DNA of 64,000 nucleotides from Schmidtea polychroa (Eukaryota): NCBI GenBank assembly GCA_044892525.1, contig CM097885.1, positions 204,662,001 to 204,726,000 of the forward strand, read 5' to 3'. Shown piece by piece: positions 27,871 to 38,408 of this stretch (position 1 is its first letter; each line of letters starts with the position of its first letter). The notes under the pieces were generated by a model. It saw only the letters and a program-made list of their open reading frames with translations, ran no database searches and was not told where the DNA came from. The position numbers and the translations under genes were made by a program.

Positions 27871-29780
27871 TTTAAATTATATACTTTTTATAGTAATTTA
27901 TAAAATATTTATAAATTATAAATATAAATTATGTATAAAATAAATTAATATGAATAGTTGATAATTTAGAGAAGAAAGGACACAAATTATTACCTTTAAT
28001 CCAGTGGTTCTCACCCTTTTGTGTTGGCGACCCCATTGATACTTTTTACGACGTCGCGACCCAAATTTTTTAAGGAAAATATATACTATTTACCAAAAGG
28101 ATTGGAAACAATTTTTCACAAATATATAACTGCTTTAAACCACTGCTTTAATCTATATTGATTTTAAGCATTAGTAATAATTTTCTTCGGCGTTGGTTAG
28201 CTTAGTAACAGTTGTGGAAATATAGTCAAAAGTGACAGCATGCAAAAATTGAGTATAAAAGGAGAATCTCAAAACAGAAAATTCAGAGAAAGTAGCTAAG
28301 TTAAATATAGCTGTGAGATATAATAGATTTTAACCATAAGGTTATTTAATCTATTTTTGAATTAAAATAAATTACAGGGAACGCACACACGACCTCAAGC
28401 ATCAGTATTTCGGACTGAATTGTTTGAGGGTATTAAACTCTTAGAGGGTAAAACTTAGGAACGACTTTTGTTCTAAACGATAGCGCAAAATTTGGGAATT
28501 ACGTACCACATAATCGCACATTACTTTATAGATCCAGTCTTTGTTCTTTATCTGAGGACGGATCGAATAACCTATTTCTTTATTTCAGTATCATCGGCTT
28601 TTTTGGGAGATTCATTCTACAAATTGTAAAAAGCTTTGTGCATAACAAATATATTTTTGAAAATGCAAAAGTCGTTGTTTTAGTTAATCATATATTTATT
28701 TATTCACGCTAAATTATCTTTTGGAGTCAGATAAATTAGTATCTGTGTTAGGTATCTTATCCATCAGATCAATCCTAACACAATCATTTTTAGAACAAAT
28801 ACAATTCTCCACTAGGATTAAACAGATTCGCAGAATTTATTGTGGAATTTATTTAATTAAAAATTTAAATGAAGTTTCAATTTATTGTATATCAAAAACT
28901 TCAAATAGGATTTTATTGGTGACCCGTCAAAAAGGTCTCGATATTACGGCCCCGACAAAAATACCCCGTCAAAAGGGCCTTTGGCAAAACGGCCCCGACA
29001 AAAATGCCCTTGGCTAAAGGGTATCTGATATAAGGGCCCTTGGCAAAAACGACCCCTGTCAAAAGGGCCTCCGCAAATAAAACCGCGTAAAAACTGAGTA
29101 AACAAAAACACTGTTTCCAGAAGTTTCACACCCCATCAACAACTATACACTTATCCCTACTCGCTTTGGAAAGTCCTAAATTCTATTTTATACCGCACCG
29201 CCACATATTCTCATCCTGACCAGCCATGATACATCTTTTCTTGCTAACGCATTCCGTGAATTCTTCACTGAGAAGATTGATCGAATTCGTGCCAAATTTA
29301 CTATTCCGGCCTCTTCTGGTCCATATCAAATTCCAATTACTTCCCCACCAAAACCATTTCATGGTACTATATGTATGTGTAATTTCAAACGTATAGAACC
29401 TATTTTCAACAGTCCAAATCGTTTGTAGCCAGAGATATGTAAGTATTCTTTTGACACTTATTAGTTGATGCTTAAAGGGTCACGGATGACGTCATCATAA
29501 CAACGTTACAATATAATATTGTTGTCGTTTTGAAGTCAACACAACATACAATAAAAGTCACTCTATGTCATAAATCCTAGACCCCTCAAAAATTAAGACA
29601 TTATTTACATGTTTATCAATCATACATGCAAGAAATTTGTATTNNNNNNNNNNNNNNNNNNNNNNNNNNNNNNNNNNNNNNNNNNNNNNNNNNNNNNNNN
29701 NNNNNNNNNNNNNNNNNNNNNNNNNNNNNNNNNNNNNNNNNNNNNNNNNNNNNNNNNNNNNNNNNNNNNNNNNNTCTTTT

Positions 29781-30790
29781 CACGCTATATTTCGACAGTT
29801 TTTCTGTCATCAGGTGAGATATAATAACTATGTATATTAAGGATTTTAAACAAATTTAATAATTACAAAAAACTTTTTTATTTAATAAAAACATTTAATT
29901 ATTTTTAAAAATTATAATTAAATTAATATATTATTTTTAAAAATTTTAAACATTCAAAATTTAATTTAATATTTTAAAAAATTTTATTAATTGTATAATT
30001 TAACATAAGAATCAATACATACAATATACAAAAAAATTATTTAAAAACATTTAAAATACAAGTATTCACTGCATTCTGCACATTAATTTTTGGATTCAAT
30101 GACTTTATCAACAACGCCTCACAAATCACACGTTCCCAATAGTTATCGAATTTTTTTAATAAAATTTTAAAATCAGACATACCTATTTCAATCTTACAGC
30201 CCTTATTGTGCTCACTAATATGAGTCAAATAAATTAAATAGTGTGAGCAAGGACGATGAGCCTAAATTTACGTTAGTATTGCCGTACTCAGAAGGTTTTA
30301 AGGATTATAAAATGAAGATAAGAAAGCAGTTAAGAAATTTAAACTATATGATAGTGTCAACTTCATGGAAAGTACGCAATATGTTTATTAATAAGTCGAA
30401 AACTCCGATCGAATTGTGTTCCGATCTCGTTTATCAGTTGACATGAAATGGGTGTAATGTCACATACATTGGAGAGACTTCCCGTCATCTCTGTATTCGA
30501 GCTCGAGAACATTGTAGACCAGTTGATTTAGAAAAGCTTAGAAAAATAAATTGTACATTTGGAAAGGTGAATTTCATTTCTAAATAAATTTTATTAATCA
30601 GTCTTATTGTTATTTAATTAGTTATATAAGAACCAGTAAGTTGGGGTTTTCAAATAGTGAGACCTCAACATAATTGATAAATTTGTTTAAAATCCTTAAT
30701 TTAATGAGTTATTATATCCCACCTGATGATGACAGGAAAACTGTCGAAATATATAGTGAAAAGTATGTTTGAGTGGCGTTATCTTATAAT
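29781..30790. mobile_element. Penelope-like element fragment (GIY-YIG endonuclease, 5'-inverted structure, inverted pseudo-LTRs)
   Basis: Plus strand 30243-30520: LVLPYS...DLVYQLT*NGCNVTYIGETSRHL..RAREH. Minus strand 30037-30228: HISEH...ERVICEALLIKSLNPKINVQ. Inverted pseudo-LTR copies at ~29781-29860 and ~30680-30790. Confidence 0.8.
30720..30758 (+). ncRNA. Minimal type I hammerhead ribozyme in a Penelope pseudo-LTR
   Basis: CAC-CTGATGA-T-GACAG-GAAAA-CTGTC-GAAA-TATA-TA-GTG: stem I CAC/GTG, intact core, stem II GACAG/CTGTC, palindromic stem III. A degenerate inverted copy lies at 29781-29816. Confidence 0.78.
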
Positions 30791-32348
30791 TAAATAATTG
30801 CCATGTNNNNNNNNNNNNNNNNNNNNNNNNNNNNNNNNNNNNNNNNNNNNNNNNNNNNNNNNNNNNNNNNNNNNNNNNNNNNNNNNNNNNNNNNNNNNNN
30901 NNNNNNNNNNNNNNNNNNNNNNNNNNNNNNNNNNNNNNNNNNNNNNNNNNNNNNNNNNNNNNNNNNNNNNNCGTGTCTAACACTATGTGTCAGTCGATGG
31001 TACTTGAATAAATCTGAATTAATACATAAGTAATGGTAAGTAAATTCAATTTCAGTAAGGAAACGTAATGACGTACGGAAATTGAATTTTTAATTTCTTA
31101 TAAATGTGTGTATTTAATAATAATTTACAAAATCGAATTTTTTATCACCTTTTTTTACGAATAAATAATGTTGCGTTGGCCACTACAATTCTAAAGACGG
31201 CCCTGTGAATTCTCCTCGGTTTCGATCATCACCACATTCCTTGAACGGAGCTATGTTGTGATGTTTTTAGCCTTGGGGACGCCCCCGATGTCGTCTTCTC
31301 GCCGACCAAATGGGGATTAAGCTTTAGGCTACTTATTATTATTATAATTATGAAACGTCATTATTTTATTATTATTTTTTGTACTATATTATTTTAACCT
31401 TGCATTAGTGATAATGATCCTTCAAACTCAAACTGAAATCCAGAAAATCTCTGTTGCATGCATAAATTATTGTATGGCATTTACGTGATTGACCCAGAAA
31501 ATTTTGTTTTCAAACAAAATGTAACGGCCTCTAATGTGCGTGAGTACTTTTTTACAGAAGGAGAAACAGAGTAAGTCTTACTTACAAGCATTTAATAATA
31601 GTACGAAGTGCCTAATTGTACGTAGTTATAAAGCTGAGTATTATCACCATTCACTAAGATCCAATTCAATTTTCTATCTACGCGATCCTATTGGTGGGGG
31701 CTCTTTTGACATGGGTTGTTTTTGCCAAGGTTCCTTACATCAGAGGCCATTTTGTCAGGGGCCTTTATGCCGGGGCAGTATTGTCTGGGCCGTTTTGTCC
31801 CGGGTCCTTATGACTTGGTACCAATTTTATTAAAGTACAATCAGAGGCAAATTAAATTTCTTTTCATCTGTAATATTAATAATCCAATAAAATTATGGCA
31901 ACATAAAATAAGTTCAATGTCGAATTTCAACAAATGACGAGATTGATAATTTCCTTTTACTTTATTAAGCTCCCTCTATTGCTTCAAAAAGTCAGTGGTA
32001 ATCACCAAATAGATTCTTCTAACGCTCCAGAAGAAGTAGATCGATCTCAATAACGAATTTGTACGAAAAAGAGTCCTCGTTTGGTTTTGTTATTATTCAT
32101 ATCGGATAAATAAGATATTTTTATGTTCAATTCAAATTCCTTTAGGTTCTTTCATTCTTTACATAGTTTCCTGTTAAATCCCTGAAGACTCCTTTGATTA
32201 TAATACAAATAAATGCAAAAAGAATGCATATTTTTTTTAATTTAACCTCAAATAACAATAAGATAACTTCTTAACTTCAAACTTTTCAAAATAACAAATT
32301 TTAACACAAGTAATCCGACTCAATTTATTTTAAAAATATTATTTAAAC

Positions 32349-32574
32349 CAGTGGTGGCCAATCCAAATCAATCGAAGGGCCAAATTTTCGGAAAAATACT
32401 ATCACGGGCCACAATAAATTCATTTAAATAAATATAACTCGTTTTTACGATTCAAGTAAGCTTAGAATCAATTTTTTAAATTAAAAACATGCTTAATTCG
32501 AATATGAATTCTAAAAAAGACAAATATTGATTTGATGTTTAAAATTGTGTCCGGGCCACATTTGGCCATGGCTG
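32349..32574. mobile_element. hAT-type MITE
   Basis: TIRs CAGTGGTGGCCAA / TTGGCCATGGCTG with a perfect 8-bp TSD ATTTAAAC on both sides. Confidence 0.8.
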
Positions 32575-33566
32575 ATTTAAACAATAAGTAATAATTTTTT
32601 TAATTTTTGGTATTTTAACAAAAAATTTAATGAAACCATTTGTTATTTATTTTTGTTAACCTATTTTTGTTTTACTTTGCAATTCGCTTCTCTGAACCTT
32701 TTCGATGAACCTTTTCTGCTCTTTATTTTAAGTTTTTTTTTGTTTTACATCAAGTTTTGATCTTGTTTTTATATCAATTAGATAACTGAATATTCACAGT
32801 TTTTTCTCTTTTTGTTATTGTTTTGTTATAATTTCTGATTTTTAATCATATTTGTTTTATTATTTATTTTTAGGGCTGCATCTAGTATTAGGCCAACTGA
32901 GTCCATTGCCTAAGAGCGCCAAGCAAAATGGGGTAATTCAATTTAGTAAATAAGAAAAGAGATACTGGTTTTCTGTATTTAAAAAATTTAAAAAAAAATC
33001 TCATTTAAAACTCTCTGTGTTATTTTTTGAGAAAATAGTAAGTCAAGCAGCATTGAATATTGAATACACTACATCATAAATAATTTTGCTGAAGAGAAAG
33101 TGAGACGTAAATTGTAAATTTAAAATTAAAATAAAATTTGAAATTATAAAATAAAATTATTAAAAAATGTTAATTTTTTTTGAGATGGAGCGCAATAATA
33201 TTTTTGACCTGAGGGTGACAGTGAGCCAAATCCGGCACTGTTGATTGTACTTTATGCCATTATTTCAGGTCCCTTTTTATACAAGAATTTATTAGATTTA
33301 TTATTATTCATGTACAAAGATATAAAAACTGTTGTTCAACAGACGTTGTTGAAGGATTGAATAATGGAAAGAAAACAATAGAAATAAAAGTGGTAATTTC
33401 AAGAATTATAATTAGAGAGGCCATAATATGTTGGAGGGATTCATAAATGATTTGACAGAACTAATTTTCTACGAATAAAAGTTTAGAACTAATGTTTAGA
33501 TTTAATGTTTTTATTGCAAAATATTTAAGGGGGGCTTAATGTGCAATAAATTTATTTTCTGTTATT

Positions 33567-33636
33567 ATTTTGGTTTTATTTATTTTTAATTAATTTAAAT
33601 TATTTATTTTTATTAATAATATATTATTTTTTATTA

Positions 33637-33668
<32 letters not shown>

Positions 33669-35024
33669 CTGTTTTTACTTATTATTATTTTTATTATATA
33701 CGTTGAGGATACCTAAACAATAAAATTAAATAACTATTAAACTGAACAAAATGTGAGCGGTATTGTATAAAGTAAAGAAAAACTTTTATTTTAGATCAAT
33801 ATGACTACGAAAATGAAAACTATAGATAAAAATTTTAATTCAAATTTACCTTTTCTGTAACTCTGTAACTCTCCTTATGACACTTTCAATAAGGAAGGCA
33901 TTCTATCCGCTTGATTGGTATTGTTTATGTAAATGCAAGCAGGGTCTTGAAAAAGAAATTCAAAATTTTACCAAAAATCGTATGGCTCTATTTCTGCCTC
34001 CTAGCTCTTGCCAGTTAAAAAAATAGAAATCAACTCTCTCAATATACTCGCAATTTGTACTTGCAATCAGTGAAGCATCTCAAAACACTTTTGCAAGTAA
34101 GATGGATGTCAAATATGATAGCATATTGTTTTAAAATTTTAGAAACCACCAAAAAAAACCAAAAAAGCTTGGCTCATCAATCATTAGGTGGGCTCAAGCC
34201 AACACAAGTTGATCCATTCATTACATTGAGTTTATCAAGTGGAGGACTTTGTTGAATAAATAATGATGTCTACTTCGGTAGTTTTATTTCAATTAAAATT
34301 GTCCAACGATGAAAATCACAATTATATCAATTGTTTTAATTTCACTTCTGTTAGTAACTTGCAATGCTTTTCGCACGGAAAGGTCTTCGGGAAAAGAGAA
34401 GAAAGGTCTCCATTCATCTTTAAGTATAAATAATAATTTTTGTTGTTTTAATTGTTTAACTGATTTTATTATTTTAATGTTAAAAATTGTAATTATTTAA
34501 ATTAAAGGTTTATCTGTGGATTCGGTAAAAGTTGAGAGGGAAAAAATTATCTGCAATGACATCGTCAAAGTATACAGAAAATTAAGGTACCGTTGCACAT
34601 ATATGTTTGTTCGAAAAAGAAATTGGTGCAGCTTCTCAAGGAAAATATGTGTTCATTTTTAAATTGTATTTAAAATAAATAAACTTGTTTCATTTTTAAC
34701 TTTTAAAATGTTATTAAGACAAAACTTTTCATAGAGATGATTAAATGAAAGGGATTTTATATCTTATGTCATTATTAATTAATTTAATTTAATTATTTAT
34801 TTTAATCTTGTTATTTAATTACTCTATGTATTGCAATTTATTTTGGTTTTATTTATTTTTAATTAATTTAAATTATTTATTTTTATTAATAATATATTAT
34901 TTTTTATTAATTATTATTATTATTATTATTAATGTCTGTTTTTACTTATTATTATTTTTATTATATACGTTGAGGATACCTAAACAATAAAATTAAATAA
35001 CTATTAAACTGAACAAAATGTGAG
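33567..35024. repeat. Pair of ~190-bp AT-rich direct repeats (33567-33757 and 34840-35024) bracketing the peptide gene
   Basis: Near-identical apart from (TAT)n length; both end GTTGAGGATACCTAAACAATAAAATTAAATAACTATTAAACTGAACAAAATGTGAG. Confidence 0.85.
34309..34662 (+). CDS. Secreted cationic cysteine-containing peptide precursor, 89 aa (exons 34309-34423, 34508-34662)
   Basis: Spliced: MKITIISIVLISLLLVTCNA-FRTERSSGKEKKGLHSSLSLSVDSVKVER-EKIICNDIVKVYRKLRYRCTYMFVRKRNWCSFSRKICVHF*. Hydrophobic signal-like N-terminus, phase-1 GT-AG intron, AATAAA at 34674. Confidence 0.7.
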
Positions 35025-36310
35025 TGGATAAAAGGTATAAAATAAGGGATATATTGCTCCAGAATTCTGAAAAACAAAAGTGAAAAAAAGAAATTTAAAA
35101 TGAGATGAACATAACAGAGTCAATATAATTAAAAAATAAAACACAAAAAACAAATTGAAGAAGATTTGAAGACTTCTAACGTTCTATTCTATTTATGATA
35201 CTGATACTATCCATGATACTATTCTATCTCCATCCGGGGAGGAAGATAGCTACCTATCGGACATTCATCACGATGTCCTGCTTGACACAAATCAGTACCC
35301 AACAACAACGGATCAGTGAGTCGGATACATCATTATGATGAATGACAAAGACATTAATAGTAAGAGTAATTACATAATTCTATGTATAAATGCGGGGTTT
35401 AGTAGGGCTATTCTGGAACGAATGTCAAAATATCACCTAATCATTCATATTTAAAAAATTAATAAAAAATATGATTTCAAGGCGTCTTTAGTTTCAATGA
35501 TACAAAAATATTATTGACCAACACCCCTGAAAATTTAAAAATTGCAAACAATTATTATCTCAACATTTATTTATTGATGAAAAGGTACGTCCTCTCATAA
35601 TTGAGAAATTGAAATTCGTTCGGAAAGAATGACATTGTCAAAAAATTCCAGTCACCATAGGCAATATCATTACACCTAGTACTCAAGAAAATGGTGCCTA
35701 CCGACCTTGTAACGATTTTAGGAAATTCAAAAATATGCTTAAAAGAAATTTCTTAAAAAATGGGGATGTGAGGTGTTTTCCGCTGAGAATAGAATATTTC
35801 AATTATTTATTAAGATAAATGATAAATAATGAACTATTTAAATAAGTTTTCAAATAATTTTTAAATTAGAAAGAGATTTTGTTAAAGATAAATTTTAAAT
35901 AAATAAGATTTTTAAAAGAAGTTTTGTTAGTAAATAATTTTTAAATAAATACATTTTAAATATCGAAAATTTTAATAAATTGTTTTGAAAATATTTTATT
36001 CAATGCTGCAAATTTGTTTGAAAATTATACATTATTCAATTAAATAAATATTTGGAATTATGATGTTATCTTTTGAACTTGATTTAAAAAATAATTTAGA
36101 AGATGTTCTAATATGGCGACCAAGTCTATGGATTTCTTCATAAAGAAGCTATTTCCAAACGATTTCCATAGAGGAGACGATGTTGAGACATTCATTAAAG
36201 AATGTGATAAATATTTTAAAATTGTACAAATGCCCACTTCAAGACAAGAAGATCTCAACAAACAGATAAGAGACACATATACAGGAGTTGAGCCAAATAT
36301 CATTACGGAA

Positions 36311-37581
36311 AGTAGATGGTATGGGGCCATTCCGGTCAGGGGCCATCCCGGCCACATATACACCCTCCCCCGGGGAAAAATTTTTTTTATATAAAAGGTC
36401 AAGGTCATTTATTATTTCAAGGTCAAATTTTAAACAAAGACATATGACTCATCAAGGTCATTTAAACAAAGATCATGACTCATCCAGGTCGTTTCAAGGT
36501 CATTTCAAGGTCGCGTGACTCATCCAAGGTCATTTCCAAGGTCATATGACTCATTAGGATGAATCATTAAGGTCATATTATTATTTTTTAAATATTATTA
36601 TTATTTTTCAAAAATATTATTATGTGGCCGGGATGGCCCCTGGTTTTCGTTTGCCCAAAAGTTATCGTTCCCTTTATCCGAATTTATTAAACGATAGCTC
36701 ATTTTAAAGCCCAATCCAAGACCTTTTGAATGAGCTATTGAAGGTATCATCATTATTATTATTGGCAAAGTTATTAACGTTTTCCCGAGACCATTTTCAA
36801 GGTCATTTGACTATTATTATTTTTCAAAATATTATTTTTTCAAGGTCATATTTAAAAATTTAAATTTACAGAGTTTCCGCCAACGGCAATTGATCATCGA
36901 TATCTTAATTTGAAACCCAATCCAAGACCTTTCGAATGAGCCATTGAAGGTATCATCATCATTAATAATGACAAAGTTATTAACATTTTACCAAATATCA
37001 TTTTCAAGGTCATATAATTATTCAAAATATTATTAGTGGCCGGTATGGCCCCTGGTTTTCGTTTGCCCAAAAGTTATCGTTCCCATTATCAGAATTTATT
37101 AATCGATAGCTTATTTTGAAGCCCAGTGCAAGGTCTATCTATTGATATAAAAATATTATCATCATCATTATTATTGGCAAAGTTATTAAAGTTTTCCCGA
37201 TACCATTTTCAAGGTCATTTGACTATTATTATTTTTCAAAATATTATTATTTTCAAGGTCATTTATTTTTTCAAGGTCATATTTAAAAATTTAAATTTAC
37301 AGAGTTCCCGCCAACAAAAATTGTTCATCGATAGCTCTTTTTAAAGCCCAATCCAAGAGCTTTCGATTGAGCCATATATTATTATTATTATTATTATAAT
37401 TATTATTATTATTATTATATATACTCAGAGTCTATCCGACAAAATATTCTGTCCCCCTAAGCGTATTGCTAGCAAGGGTACTGCTCACACTCGACAAGTC
37501 ACATGGGTATTGTTCACAAAGTTACTGGTAAAAATATTCAAGACAAAACTTTAACAAAGAAACTATACTTTAAATATACAC
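36311..37581. repeat. Left terminal inverted repeat with internal ~0.4-kb tandem units (starting ~36622 and ~37035)
   Basis: 37441-37581 is the reverse complement of 46831-46970, and 36661-36722 of 47151-47212. Units start GTGGCCGG.ATGGCCCCTGGTTTTCGTTTGCCCAAAAGTTATCG. Confidence 0.85.
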
Positions 37582-37750
37582 ATATTAAACATATTACTTT
37601 TTCCATCATTAGATACTTATAGAGTTTAATTACCAATATTATAAAATGTAACTAATGATGAAAAAAAGTAATGAAAACTATAACGAGTTTTCGAAAATAA
37701 AAATTATCTACATAATAAAATAGAACGCAAATAATGTTTTAAAAGATTTA

Positions 37751-37902
37751 TTAATCGCTTAATAAAACATCATCGATATCGACGTCATACTCAATATTTA
37801 CATTAATATTCATATCATTATTGTGATACTCAATATTTACATTATCGTCTGAATCACAGAAGCTCGGGCTCATGCCGCTAAAGAGAGGACCAACTTCAGA
37901 TA
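37751..37902 (-). pseudogene. C-terminal tail of a second, diverged pPolB copy running into an N gap
   Basis: Open frame SEVGPLFSGMSPSFCDSDD...DIDDVLLSD* versus the main copy SEVGPLFGGMSPSFDDED...IDDVQLSD*. Downstream 20-mer GAAAACTATAACGAGTTTTC is shared. Confidence 0.75.
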
Positions 37903-38408
37903 NNNNNNNNNNNNNNNNNNNNNNNNNNNNNNNNNNNNNNNNNNNNNNNNNNNNNNNNNNNNNNNNNNNNNNNNNNNNNNNNNNNNNNNNNNNNNNNNNN
38001 NNNNNNNNNNNNNNNNNNNNNNNNNNNNNNNNNNNNNNNNNNNNNNNNNNNNNNNNNNTGCATGCTCACTGCAAACTAAAGTAAATATGAACAGTATTAT
38101 CAAATTAAATAAAAATAATAAAACTTTATAAAAATTTTAATTCTTTTAATGGCTCAAAACAAAGTCCTAATTCATAGTGACAACATTACAAGTTTTCAAT
38201 AATAAAGCAATTTTCAATATTCTTTCTATGTTTAAACACTTTAGGAATGTTTAATAATATTACACAATATAATGATTTTTATCCATAGAAAGAAATACGA
38301 AAACTATAACGAGTTTTCATGAATAAAAAAAATATAAAAATCAACACAAATCAATGTTTTTACAAAGTTATATTAATTTATCACAGGAAAAATATATATT
38401 AAAACCGC

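Larger units (their letters stand above)
28918..31822. mobile_element. Non-autonomous Mutator/foldback-like element with GC-rich modular TIRs
   Basis: 28918-29075 and 31695-31822 are inverted, diverged arrays of GGCCC/CAAAA modules. Termini are GG...CC. Flanks GATTTTATT and AATTTTATT match at 8 of 9 positions (candidate 9-bp TSD). Confidence 0.6.

Noticed and set aside
28918-29075. CRISPR-like array of GC-rich repeats
   Set aside because: Eukaryotic context, degenerate units with no unique spacers, and an inverted partner at 31695-31822 that identifies them as TIR modules.
36058-36518. ORFs 36058-36408(-), 36288-36518(+) and the last 27 codons of 36113-36394
   Set aside because: They run across the insertion junction into TIR sequence; only 36113-36310 belongs to the original gag-like ORF.
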